NCBI GenBank assembly: GCA_964424305.1 | Contig: CAYRHW010000004.1 | Coordinates: 9,708 to 73,707, forward strand | From: an uncultured Candidatus Saccharibacteria bacterium | Lineage (GTDB): Bacteria; Patescibacteriota; Minisyncoccia; Minisyncoccales; Staskawiczbacteraceae | Direction: 5' to 3' | Length of the DNA stretch: 64,000 nt | In this document: piece after piece, positions 55,053 to 64,000 of the stretch | Layout of the letters: the number at the start of each line of letters is the position of its first letter | Numbering within the stretch: position 1 is the stretch's first letter | Position numbers and translations under genes: made by a program | Notes under the pieces: generated by a model | Told to the model about the DNA's origin: nothing | The model's input: the letters and a program-made list of their open reading frames with translations, nothing else | The model's database searches: none

Positions 55053-55796
55053 TTATCCCTCCCCAGCGACCCCTTCACGACCATCCCCTCTTTTGCCGAA
55101 GAATACTTCATCCATTATTTCGGGGGATTTTAACTTCTGAGCATCGGCGTAAAAAACAATTTCACCAGATCGCATCACATAACCTCGGTTGCAAATATCT
55201 AAAACGCTTTTAATATTATGTTCTACTATTAAAATAGTAACGTTAAATTTTTGGTTTAATTCTTTTATCTTCCTAAATATTTCTTTAACTAACTTCGGAG
55301 ACAATCCCAAAGACGGTTCGTCAAGTAGCAATACCTCTGGGTCCTGCATCATAGCCCTTCCCAGGGCCAGCATCTGCTGCTGCCCACCGCTTAAAGTATA
55401 TGCGTACTTATTTTGTTTCTCCCGTAATATTGGGAATTGGCAATATACTTGCTCCAAGTTTTTACTCACCACCTCCCGCCCCTTATTTATTATACTTATT
55501 TCTAAATTCTCTCTCACTGTCATATCGTTGAAATTTATTCTACCCTGGGGGAGATAATAAATACCTATACCGGTAAGTTGATGGGGCTTTAAGCCAACGA
55601 TGTTTTTCCCTTCAAATAAAATCTCACCCGATTTAATTTCGGTTAAGTTAAAGATAGATTTTAATAACGTTGACTTGCCAGCTCCGTTAGGTCCCATCAA
55701 AGCAACAACTTCTCCGGCCATAATTTCCATATTGACGCCCCTTAGCACTGGCAGATCTTCATACCCCGCATTAAGATTTTTAATTTGAAGCATCAT
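55053..55796 (-). CDS. livF: branched-chain amino acid ABC transporter ATP-binding protein (LivF-like)
   Basis: GPNGAGKSTLLK and LSGGQQQML motifs. It has an atypical GC-rich C-terminal tail, KRGDGREGVAGEG. Confidence 0.8.
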   Translation of the reverse strand: MMLQIKNLNAGYEDLPVLRGVNMEIMAGEVVALMGPNGAGKSTLLKSIFNLTEIKSGEILFEGKNIVGLKPHQLTGIGIYYLPQGRINFNDMTVRENLEISIINKGREVVSKNLEQVYCQFPILREKQNKYAYTLSGGQQQMLALGRAMMQDPEVLLLDEPSLGLSPKLVKEIFRKIKELNQKFNVTILIVEHNIKSVLDICNRGYVMRSGEIVFYADAQKLKSPEIMDEVFFGKRGDGREGVAGEG

Positions 55797-55799
55797 ATT

Positions 55800-56537
55800 T
55801 TATTTCCCTAGATAGGCCTCTATAACTTCGGGCCTTTGTCTAATTTCTTCTGGCTTACCTTGCCATAAAAGTTCTCCCCCATCTAAAACTATAATCCAAT
55901 CGGCAATGCTTGTTACAAAATCAATATCATGTTCAATGATTAAAACAGTCTCTCCCTTCTCTTTTAAACCCTCTAATATATTCTTGATTTTTTCTCTGAC
56001 CTGAATACTAACTCCCTCTACTGGTTCATCAAGTAGTAAAAGTTGATGAGGCTTTAATAGGGCGATGGCTAGATCTAATAATTTCCTCTGGCCATAGCTC
56101 AAATCGGAAACAATAGTCTTTAACGATTTACTTAATTCTAATTTATTTAAGATGCCCTCCATTTTCTCTACCTTTTCTCTCCTAACCCTATTTAAACCAA
56201 GTACATTAAAAAGCATCCTGCTATCCTGATCATCTTGAGCCATCAGAAGATGATCTTGAATCGTCATATTTTTAAACAACTCCACCTGCTGAAAAGTTCT
56301 AGAAATACCGGCATCGGATATTTGATAGGGTGGTAAATTAGTGATATCAGCTTCTTTAAATATTATTTTCCCCCTGTCGGATTTAATTAATCCAGAAATA
56401 ATATCAAATAGGGTGGTTTTTCCCGCTCCATTCGGTCCGATTAAAGCGGTAATCTTATTCCCGGGAATCTCAAACGAACAGGATTTTAGGGCATGAGTAC
56501 CCGCAAAACTTTTAGAAATTGACTGAATTTTTAGCAT
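55800..56537 (-). CDS. livG: branched-chain amino acid ABC transporter ATP-binding protein (LivG-like)
   Basis: GPNGAGKTTLFD and LSYGQRKLL motifs. Confidence 0.8.
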   Translation of the reverse strand: MLKIQSISKSFAGTHALKSCSFEIPGNKITALIGPNGAGKTTLFDIISGLIKSDRGKIIFKEADITNLPPYQISDAGISRTFQQVELFKNMTIQDHLLMAQDDQDSRMLFNVLGLNRVRREKVEKMEGILNKLELSKSLKTIVSDLSYGQRKLLDLAIALLKPHQLLLLDEPVEGVSIQVREKIKNILEGLKEKGETVLIIEHDIDFVTSIADWIIVLDGGELLWQGKPEEIRQRPEVIEAYLGK

Positions 56538-56541
56538 AGAA

Positions 56542-57417
56542 TTAGTTTAGGTCCACTTTTCCGAATAATCCTCTCGGACGAAACATTAAGATTAATATCA
56601 AAATTAAAGCATAAATAATCTGGCGCGTAGGACCAAGAATCGATGAGGGCAAGGCCAGAAACCTTAATATTTCGGGAATAAGTAAAATAATTATCGTAGC
56701 AATAATCGAACCCTTTAAAGAAGCCAATCCACCAATTAAAACAATGGTAAGAATTAAGATTATTTCATATAAAGAAAAACTAGATGGGTCAATAAAAGTA
56801 ATATAGTGAGCGTAGAGAGAACCGGCAATCCCAGCGAAAAAAGCTGAGACAGCCAATGCCTGCCACTTAATCTTAAAGGTGTTTTTACCCAAAACCTTAC
56901 AAGCCAGTTCGTTATCCCTAGTTGCCTGAAGCAATGTCCCATAGGGTGATTTTACTAAAAGGTATAAAAATCCTACTGACAGACAGCAAACGATAGCGAC
57001 AAAGGTTAGATATGCAAAATTGGATTGAATTATCAAACCAAAAATAGATGGCCTTGGGATACCTGGAATGCCCAAGGGGCCGCGAGTAAGCGAAGTCCAA
57101 TTCAGAAATAAAGAATAGATGACAAAATTAAATCCCAGAGTTGCCAAGGCCAAATAATCACCCTTTAGCTTGTTGGTGGCCGCCATTAAAATATATCCAA
57201 AAATAGAGGCTAGAAACCCTGCGACTATGAATATTAATAGAAAGGGCAATTTGGTATTTACACTTAAGAGAGCAGAAACATAGGCCCCAATACCAAAAAA
57301 GGCGATGTGGCCAAGATTAAGCAAGCCAGTATAGCCAATAGCTAAATTTAAACTAACGGCCAGGATGATATAGATGCCGATAATTATTAAAAGATGGATG
57401 AGATAGGCTTCAATCAT
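56542..57417 (-). CDS. livM: branched-chain amino acid ABC transporter permease (LivM-like)
   Basis: Polytopic protein with LNLGHIAFFGIGAY motif. Confidence 0.8.
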   Translation of the reverse strand: MIEAYLIHLLIIIGIYIILAVSLNLAIGYTGLLNLGHIAFFGIGAYVSALLSVNTKLPFLLIFIVAGFLASIFGYILMAATNKLKGDYLALATLGFNFVIYSLFLNWTSLTRGPLGIPGIPRPSIFGLIIQSNFAYLTFVAIVCCLSVGFLYLLVKSPYGTLLQATRDNELACKVLGKNTFKIKWQALAVSAFFAGIAGSLYAHYITFIDPSSFSLYEIILILTIVLIGGLASLKGSIIATIIILLIPEILRFLALPSSILGPTRQIIYALILILILMFRPRGLFGKVDLN

Positions 57418-58301
57418 ATTTTCGGTTCTTCGTATTTTCCTTTAGATCCTAAAATTCCGGCAGGTTTAAACAGTAAAAAAATAAACAATAGAGAAAAAGC
57501 AATGGCATCCTTGTAGCCAGATGGCAAAAACCAAATGCCGAAATTCTCAACTAATCCTAATAAATAACTACCAAGAATAGAGCCGGGCACAGAACCAATC
57601 CCACCAATAATGGCCCCTGTAAATCCCTTTATTATTAAGCCAGTCCCCATGCTCGGTTCAATGTTTTGCTCCAAAGCCACCAAAATACCTGCAATCCCAG
57701 CCAAGGCTGTTCCGATAATAAAACTTAGGTAACAGATCTTTTTGGCGTTGATCCCAATAATATTAGCCAGATCTACATTATCAGCCACAGCCCTCATTGT
57801 TTTCCCTAAATGAGACTTTTTCATAAAGATCCATAGTAATAATAACAAGATACCAGTTAATACCACTATCACAATTTGTAAGGGGGTAATCACGCCTCCG
57901 AAAATCTCGATTCCCTTCCTGATTTGAATATACTTTATAGTTTTTATGTCGGCGCCGAAGATTAAAAGCATCAAATTCTCCAACAGAATTAACAACCCAA
58001 CGGAAGCAATTAAGAGAACGGCGTTAGACGCCTTTCTCTTTTTTAGGGGGATATAAACCAACGTATAGACTAGCCAACCCAAAAACCCAGAGACGATAAT
58101 TGCTAATATGGCTGAGATGTAAAAATTGAGACCAAATAAAGTAAAGAATAGATAGAGCAAATAGGCGCCCACCGCAACAAAACCACCGTGAGCCAGATGA
58201 ACAAATCGGTTGGTGCTATAAATTAATGAAAACCCAACTGCCACCAGAGCATAGATTGACCCAGCTATAATACCGTTTATGAATAGTTGCACTACTATCA
58301 T
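57414..58301 (-). CDS. livH: branched-chain amino acid ABC transporter permease (LivH-like)
   Basis: Polytopic protein with VHLAHGGFVAVGAY motif. Confidence 0.8.
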   Translation of the reverse strand: MIVVQLFINGIIAGSIYALVAVGFSLIYSTNRFVHLAHGGFVAVGAYLLYLFFTLFGLNFYISAILAIIVSGFLGWLVYTLVYIPLKKRKASNAVLLIASVGLLILLENLMLLIFGADIKTIKYIQIRKGIEIFGGVITPLQIVIVVLTGILLLLLWIFMKKSHLGKTMRAVADNVDLANIIGINAKKICYLSFIIGTALAGIAGILVALEQNIEPSMGTGLIIKGFTGAIIGGIGSVPGSILGSYLLGLVENFGIWFLPSGYKDAIAFSLLFIFLLFKPAGILGSKGKYEEPKI

Positions 58302-58320
58302 ATCTTTCGTTACTTAGTAG

Positions 58321-59736
58321 TTAAGGCGAGTCGCCACGTTTTGCGTAATAAGACGGGCTAGATGATTCTTTCCCACAAATAAAACAACGGCCAGCCTCAT
58401 TTGAATCAAATTGTGTACCTATAAGTTCCCCGGGAAGTTTTTTATTCAATTCAGAAAGGCAGGCTAGATCACCGCACCAATACATTCTAGCAATCAATCC
58501 TTTTTTCACGCCTTCACATATCTCATTCAGAGATGAGGCAATGTAAATTTTTGAGCTTAATAAAGCATCTGCGTCTTGAAATAATTTCTCCTGGATTTTT
58601 ACGAATGATTTATCAATAACCCCACATAGAGATTCTAAACCCACTTCTTCGATGGGCTCTTCCTCTGTTCTTAAATACATTCTTACCGTTCCATTATCCA
58701 TATTATGCTTGCTGACACCAATCCGTATGGGAATCCCCCCTTGCCTTGCTACTGCAAATTTCTTACTTGAATTCTTGTTTGATACATCTACGGCAACAGA
58801 ATAATTCTCTTTAACAATCCCTTCAATCTTATGTACGTATTCATCTAAACCACCCTTGTCATCATCTCCGTAGACGGGGATGATCATAATCTGCAATGGG
58901 GCAAAATCTGGCAAAATTCTAAGCCCATGTTCATCTCTATGAAGATCGAGCATAGCTGCAATTCCTCTCTCTGAAATACCAAAGGTTACTTGATGCGTGT
59001 TGTCCTTCTGACCATTTTGATTCGAGAAAACAACATCAAATGCTTTTGAATAGATTTGTCCTTGATTGTATAAGACCCCGACGTTAAAACTAGTATTTTT
59101 CGAGGGCAAATAGGTTTCAAAAGAAATCATATCGCCACATACGGGCTTATTACCCTCGATTGGCCTACGAAGAGCTAAAAAAGGTATCCCTATTGTCTTA
59201 TGAATTTCTTTAAATGAATCGATTATTTCCAAAAATTCAGTGTCAGCTTTTTCTTTCGAAGAGAATGCTGAATGCGCCTCAAGAAGATTCGTTGATTCAT
59301 CCCCGTTTAACATGACACTCGGCCTTTTATGCGGCCTGAAAGTGTTGCCGATTTGAAATAGCCTTATGGGAAGGTCTGATTCTTGGCGAATCCATTTTTT
59401 GAACATAGTATAAACGCCACACTCTCCAGTTGGATTAAGAAATAAATCTAGGCTAGTCCCCTCTTTTGTCCTTAGCCAAAATAATCTATCCTCAAAATCA
59501 GCCACTTTTTCTGTTACTTTTCTTATCGCTTGTCCAGGTATTAATCTTGGAAATTGATATCTTTGGTAGCCCTTACCCCCTAATACTTTTTCTATATAGG
59601 AGAAAACCTTTTCTTTTAATTTAAAACCGTATGGGAGCCATACATAACATCCCTTAACGGGATAGCTTCCATCTATTATTCCTGCCCTTGTTAAAATGTT
59701 TACAAAATCTCCGAAATTTTGTTTTTCCGTATCCAT
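58321..59736 (-). CDS. class II aminoacyl-tRNA synthetase, archaeal/eukaryal-type ProRS-like, divergent motif 2
   Basis: The VKGCYVWLPYGF, DLPIRLFQ and FGISERGIAAMLDLHRDEHGLRILPDFAP blocks match ProRS-type enzymes. However NPTGE replaces RPTSE, and FRPH replaces the usual RWE. Confidence 0.6.
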   Translation of the reverse strand: MDTEKQNFGDFVNILTRAGIIDGSYPVKGCYVWLPYGFKLKEKVFSYIEKVLGGKGYQRYQFPRLIPGQAIRKVTEKVADFEDRLFWLRTKEGTSLDLFLNPTGECGVYTMFKKWIRQESDLPIRLFQIGNTFRPHKRPSVMLNGDESTNLLEAHSAFSSKEKADTEFLEIIDSFKEIHKTIGIPFLALRRPIEGNKPVCGDMISFETYLPSKNTSFNVGVLYNQGQIYSKAFDVVFSNQNGQKDNTHQVTFGISERGIAAMLDLHRDEHGLRILPDFAPLQIMIIPVYGDDDKGGLDEYVHKIEGIVKENYSVAVDVSNKNSSKKFAVARQGGIPIRIGVSKHNMDNGTVRMYLRTEEEPIEEVGLESLCGVIDKSFVKIQEKLFQDADALLSSKIYIASSLNEICEGVKKGLIARMYWCGDLACLSELNKKLPGELIGTQFDSNEAGRCFICGKESSSPSYYAKRGDSP

Positions 59737-59796
59737 GCTAGAAAATAGAATTAAGTATTTACAAGACTCTTATCGTATTGTAACTACTTAAAATAA

Positions 59797-60921
59797 TTAA
59801 TTCGAATAAGGTACTAACTTCCCCCCTTTCACAATCATCAACCTTAAGGGTCTGTGTACATCCCCATTTGCATCAACGGTTATGTTCCCAGATACTCCAG
59901 GATAATCCTTTATTTTATAGAGACCATCTTTTATGGTTCCGGAATCTGTTTTCCCCGCCTCCTTCATTATTTTTGTCACAACCTTTACTGCATCATAGGA
60001 AGAGTCGGCAGTTATGCCAGGTTCCTCATTGAATTTTTCTACAAACTTATCCCTGAAGTTGGTCTCTGGGTTATATACAAAGGGTGCTATTATCCCTTCT
60101 AGAAAATCCCCTCCTAACCCTAGGGTTTGAGTGCTCCCCACAAGGCCCCCGTGTGAAAATACAGTTTTATTTATCCCCAGTTCCTTCATCCGTTTCATCG
60201 CTAGGACTAACCCATTAGGATGTGAACCGATATAATACGCCTCCGGATTCTTTTCTTCTGCTTTTAATATTTCAGTTCTATAATCAACACTATTTGGATC
60301 GATCGCTTGGGCAGAGACAATCTCGCCACCTAATTCTTCGAATCTTGTTTTTACTCCATCTTTCTGAGCTACACCCCATGCATTGTTGATATATAATATG
60401 GCAAATTTCTTTATACCCATGCCGTAGGCAGTGTCGGCAACCATGCCGCCCAAATCACTTTCAGAAAACCAAAAACGAAATATATAATCACCGGCATCCG
60501 AGATTGCTGGTGAAGTTGAACCGGGTGTTATTAATACAACTTTATTTGCCTCTGCAATCGGCATTATCGCTCCGGTTACAGAGTCACAAATATCTCCTAT
60601 AATAAAAGCGACTTTATCCACATTGATTAGTTTGTTTATCGCTGTCACACCACTTTGTGCCTGACATTGACTATCTTCAAAAATCGCTTCTACTTTTTTC
60701 CCATTAATACCACCTTGGGCATTGATTTCATCAATGGCGAGAGTAATCGCTTTCTGAGAAGCTTGCCCCTGATCAGGAGTACCCTCTCCGGTTAATGGCA
60801 GGATCGCTCCAATCTTAATTATCCCTTTATCCGATGACTTCTGATTCGCTCCATACCAAATTCCGCCGACGACAATAATGGCTAAAACTATGTAGAAAAT
60901 TGTTTTCGTTGCTTTCGACAT
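59797..60921 (-). CDS. ABC transporter substrate-binding protein (LivK/LivJ-like), copy 1
   Basis: Signal anchor followed by IKIGAILPLTG, the type 1 periplasmic binding fold. Confidence 0.8.
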   Translation of the reverse strand: MSKATKTIFYIVLAIIVVGGIWYGANQKSSDKGIIKIGAILPLTGEGTPDQGQASQKAITLAIDEINAQGGINGKKVEAIFEDSQCQAQSGVTAINKLINVDKVAFIIGDICDSVTGAIMPIAEANKVVLITPGSTSPAISDAGDYIFRFWFSESDLGGMVADTAYGMGIKKFAILYINNAWGVAQKDGVKTRFEELGGEIVSAQAIDPNSVDYRTEILKAEEKNPEAYYIGSHPNGLVLAMKRMKELGINKTVFSHGGLVGSTQTLGLGGDFLEGIIAPFVYNPETNFRDKFVEKFNEEPGITADSSYDAVKVVTKIMKEAGKTDSGTIKDGLYKIKDYPGVSGNITVDANGDVHRPLRLMIVKGGKLVPYSN

Positions 60922-60942
60922 ATATTTTATTAATTTAATTAA

Positions 60943-62073
60943 TTATTTTTTATACGGCACAAACTGACCATTCTCTACGATCTTAATGGACATTGGTTTT
61001 TGCACATCTCCATTTTTTTGAAATGTTATTAAACCACTGGCCCCAGAATAATTCTGACCTAGATTATAAAGATGTGCCTTTATATCGTCTCCACTCCCGT
61101 TACTCCCCGCTATAGCTTTTATGAGGAGAGCCGTAGCGTCATAACCCTCTGCTGATCCATACCCAGGAGCGTCCTCGCCAAATTTAGCATTATAGGAGGC
61201 AAGGAAATCGGAATGCTCTTTATTTGTCGGCGTTTCTGCGTCTGGGAAAATAAAGCCCTCTGCAGCACTTCCGGCAATGGTGATCAGTTCTGGCGTGCCA
61301 GTTTCTGGTCCCGCTCCCATAATTTGGATATTAATTCCAATTTCTTTTGCTTGCCTAACGATGAACGCCGCTTCCTTGGGGAAACCCCCGATTATGATAA
61401 CATCCGAATTAGAATTCTTAATTTTTGTTAATTGCGTCCTGAAATCCACATCATTGGTATGATAAGATTCTTCAGCAACCACCACTCCCCCCAAATTAAC
61501 AAATGCTTCCTTGGCATCCTCCTTTTCCTGGATAAAAGAATCGTTTGCGGCGTCATTAATTAAAGCTAATTTTCTATATCCCTTTTCATAGGCGAAATTT
61601 GCTATTGCAATGCTTTTAGCTGCATCGGATGCCATGGTTCTAAAAAAGAAATTATACCCGGATTGAACTATGGTTTTTGAGGTCGCAGAGGGGCTAACTA
61701 CAACATTTTTTAAGGGATCTGTAATCGGTAATATGGCAAGAGTAGCCGAGGAACACATTGGCCCAATTATTCCGTTAACTTTATCTATGTTTACAAATTT
61801 TTGGGCTATGCTAACATCCCCTGTTTTATCGCAACTCGCGTCATCCTCTATAATCAACTGAATCCTATCCTTAATCCCACTATTATCTACCGCAAGCAAG
61901 GCTGCATTCTTTACTCCTTCTCCATAAATCGCAAGGTCGCCACTTAAAGGAAGAACCAAACCGATTTTGATAGCGCCTTGCATCGCACTGTTTCTAGTTG
62001 TTGTGTACCAAATCCCTCCAACTAAAATGACGACTAAAATTACGTAAAGAATTATTTTTGTTGTTTTTGACAT
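60943..62073 (-). CDS. ABC transporter substrate-binding protein (LivK/LivJ-like), copy 2
   Basis: Paralog of 59797-60921 (IKIGLVLPLSG). Confidence 0.8.
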   Translation of the reverse strand: MSKTTKIILYVILVVILVGGIWYTTTRNSAMQGAIKIGLVLPLSGDLAIYGEGVKNAALLAVDNSGIKDRIQLIIEDDASCDKTGDVSIAQKFVNIDKVNGIIGPMCSSATLAILPITDPLKNVVVSPSATSKTIVQSGYNFFFRTMASDAAKSIAIANFAYEKGYRKLALINDAANDSFIQEKEDAKEAFVNLGGVVVAEESYHTNDVDFRTQLTKIKNSNSDVIIIGGFPKEAAFIVRQAKEIGINIQIMGAGPETGTPELITIAGSAAEGFIFPDAETPTNKEHSDFLASYNAKFGEDAPGYGSAEGYDATALLIKAIAGSNGSGDDIKAHLYNLGQNYSGASGLITFQKNGDVQKPMSIKIVENGQFVPYKK

Positions 62074-62185
62074 AAATTGTTCATTACTTATTAACTTTAT
62101 TGAAATGCATTTATTTGATTTTATACAAACACAGTTATTTTTACAATAACCACTGCTGGTATATAAATTCTGAAAAACAACTATC

Positions 62186-62929
62186 CTATTCAGTTACTAC
62201 CTCACACCCATCTTTAGTAACTACCATCGTATGTTCAAAGTGAGCGGCAATAGAACCATCCCTTGTGGAAATACCATATCCATCCTTAGCTTTCTTCAAA
62301 TGCCAATCACCTGTTGTTAACATTGGCTCAATGCAAATTACCATTCCCTCTTTTAGTTTATCACCCGATCCCCTTGTCCCAAAGTTTGGAATTTGCGGAT
62401 CTTCATGGACATTTTTTCCAATACCATGGCCGCATAAATCTCTTACTAAGCCGAAACCCTGATCTGTAACATAGCGTTCGATTGTGTTCCCGATATCTCC
62501 GGTTGTATTTCCAGACCTTACCTTTTTTATCCCTCTTTTCAATGCTTTCCTTGTCACCCAAATTAGCCGATGGGCTTCCAAAGACACCTTCCCAACCGGA
62601 ACTGTAACCGCCATATCAGTGTGGAGACCTTTGTATTCCACCCCCAAATCTAGACCAATTATATCCCCCTCTCTTAGCACCCTTTCTGAAGGGTAACAAT
62701 GGACTATTTCCTCGTTAACAGACGTACATAAAGCGGCCGGGAACCCCTCATAACCCTTGAAGGATGGCTTAGCCTGATTAGCCAAAATCAAGGCCTCTGC
62801 GGCCTTGTTTAGTTCATTGGTAGTTATCCCTGGTTTTACCATCTTGGAGACCTGTTTTAAAACTTCTGCCAAGATTTTCCCCCCTTCTCTTATTATCTTA
62901 ATTTCCTCTGAGTTCTTAATATATATCAT
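62186..62929 (-). CDS. map: type I methionine aminopeptidase
   Basis: DIIGLDLG, GHGIG and metal-ligand pattern. Confidence 0.9.
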   Translation of the reverse strand: MIYIKNSEEIKIIREGGKILAEVLKQVSKMVKPGITTNELNKAAEALILANQAKPSFKGYEGFPAALCTSVNEEIVHCYPSERVLREGDIIGLDLGVEYKGLHTDMAVTVPVGKVSLEAHRLIWVTRKALKRGIKKVRSGNTTGDIGNTIERYVTDQGFGLVRDLCGHGIGKNVHEDPQIPNFGTRGSGDKLKEGMVICIEPMLTTGDWHLKKAKDGYGISTRDGSIAAHFEHTMVVTKDGCEVVTE

Positions 62930-63639
62930 TAAATATTCTTTAAAATATCATGATACACTTCTGAAACAGTTTGTTTACCGTTGATTTCTACAACCTGAAT
63001 GTTTTCTTTCTTTAAAATATCGATGACTGGGTAGGTTCTTTCTTTAAATTCCTCAATCCTTACTTTAATTGTTTCGGGATCATCTAATCCTTTTCTTCTT
63101 AATAGTTTCGAACCATCTAGGGGACAGTTAGTTAAACCTTCGGTTTCCTTATTCCACAATATGGAGTGTCTGGCTGTTTCACAAATTCTTCGATGAGAAT
63201 TCCTATCAATTGTTTCTTCTGGAGTAACGGTGATGTAAAAAGCTTTAATATTTTCTTGACCATAAAGTTCCTTAAATAGTGGCAACTCTTTTTCTGCTTC
63301 GTAAACTGTTCTTGGAGAACCAGAAAAAACGATGCTTTCCCCATCGTGTCGTAAATCCCTAACCTTTTCCTGTATTAAATGCACTACAAAGGGAGGATCA
63401 CACAATACTCCCTTTAACCAAAGCTCTTTTTCTTTTAGGACATCGAACTTTTCTCCATCTACCTCAATAAACCTTTCGTCAGAATCTGCTGAAAGATCTT
63501 TTACTAATTCAAATTTCTCTTCTAGGAGTTTACTTGTCTCAAAGTGAAACAAGTCTAGCTTTCCTGATAATAGTTCTGCTTGAGTACCCTTGCCAGCACC
63601 TGGGGGGCCGAAGAGTATGATAATTTGTTTTGCTTTCAT
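62929..63639 (-). CDS. adk: adenylate kinase (long lid)
   Basis: GPPGAGKGTQA P-loop. Confidence 0.9.
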   Translation of the reverse strand: MKAKQIIILFGPPGAGKGTQAELLSGKLDLFHFETSKLLEEKFELVKDLSADSDERFIEVDGEKFDVLKEKELWLKGVLCDPPFVVHLIQEKVRDLRHDGESIVFSGSPRTVYEAEKELPLFKELYGQENIKAFYITVTPEETIDRNSHRRICETARHSILWNKETEGLTNCPLDGSKLLRRKGLDDPETIKVRIEEFKERTYPVIDILKKENIQVVEINGKQTVSEVYHDILKNI

Positions 63640-63640
63640 T

Positions 63641-64000
63641 TTAAAATGTATCGTATTCTCTCATTTCCAACTGAGAGTTAACCTGTTTTAAAGTATCCAA
63701 TACAACGCTAACCACGATTAACAAACTTGTTCCTCCAATTAAGAAACCAAATCCCTGCACTCCGGTTCCACCCGCAACGATGGACGGAAGAACAGCAATT
63801 AATCCCAAGAATATCGCTCCGGTGAATAGAACTCTGTTTAAAACTAGTTTTATAAAGGCGGCGGTTGATTCCCCTGGTCGCACACCTGGAATGAATCCAC
63901 CCATCTTTTGCAAATTAGAAGAAATATTCTTAGGGTCGAAAGTAACCATGGTGTAGAAGTAGGTAAAAATGATAACTAAGCCGAAATAGAAGGCTCCGTG
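63641..64000 (-). CDS. secY: preprotein translocase SecY, C-terminal part (gene continues beyond window end)
   Basis: NLQKMGGFIPGVRPGESTA motif. The frame stays open to the window edge. Confidence 0.85.
   Translation of the reverse strand, partial: HGAFYFGLVIIFTYFYTMVTFDPKNISSNLQKMGGFIPGVRPGESTAAFIKLVLNRVLFTGAIFLGLIAVLPSIVAGGTGVQGFGFLIGGTSLLIVVSVVLDTLKQVNSQLEMREYDTF

Noticed and set aside
52629-55133. Listed ORFs 52629-52847(-), 54023-54340(+), 54337-54576(+) and 54534-55133(+)
   Set aside because: They lie within the structured RNA regions or antisense to the HTH gene. They lack SD or start context and have unprotein-like composition, so they are probably chance ORFs in locally G+C-rich sequence.
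1-64000. CRISPR arrays, transposases, integrases, rRNA genes and prophage structural genes
   Set aside because: I found no spaced direct-repeat array and no recognisable recombinase, transposase or rRNA sequence while reading both strands. The repeats I did see are limited to paralogous genes and the 60-nt module reported above.
1-64000. Alternative genetic code (UGA as a sense codon, as in some CPR lineages)
   Set aside because: Conserved genes read through cleanly with code 11 and end at expected lengths. RF2 is present with a UGA-sensing frameshift site.

Overview
This is an AT-rich 64-kb window, about one third G+C by eye, transcribed almost entirely from the minus strand. Gene content looks like a small-genome Patescibacteria/CPR-like bacterium, and I treat that as an inference. 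It holds a reduced lower-glycolysis and acetate module (ppsA, ackA, pduL, gap, gpmA, eno, tpiA), division and wall genes (ftsZ, ftsEX, ftsB-like, two mreB, murA), two type IV pilin-like genes, translation genes, four tRNAs and a Liv-type ABC transporter. prfB carries the classical +1 frameshift. The secY-adk-map / infA-rpmJ-rpsM-rpsK-rpsD-rpoA-rplQ cluster is present but split by about 12.8 kb. The standard genetic code appears to be in use. The clearest anomaly is a roughly 4-kb G+C-rich cassette at about 41.0-45.0 kb, with five monocistronic minus-strand genes: a 47-aa TM peptide, a small XRE-type HTH protein, a 394-aa protein with a ParB/DGQHR-like DGLQR motif, and 393-aa and 96-aa orphan proteins. 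Each gene has its own near-consensus promoter and intrinsic terminator. No integrase, tRNA target or flanking repeats are visible. I rank this cassette as the best candidate for an undescribed defence or mobile-element-type system. Other items worth a second look: a Cas4-like nuclease / Pif1-like helicase / Cas4-like nuclease operon; a GC-rich pyrD-pyrF-pyrE-like cluster; a promoter-to-terminator CA-rich ORF-less RNA; two GC-rich structured RNAs flanking tpiA that I could not assign to a family; and a divergent ProRS-like gene inside the liv operon. All calls come from reading the sequence and the ORF track; no searches were run.
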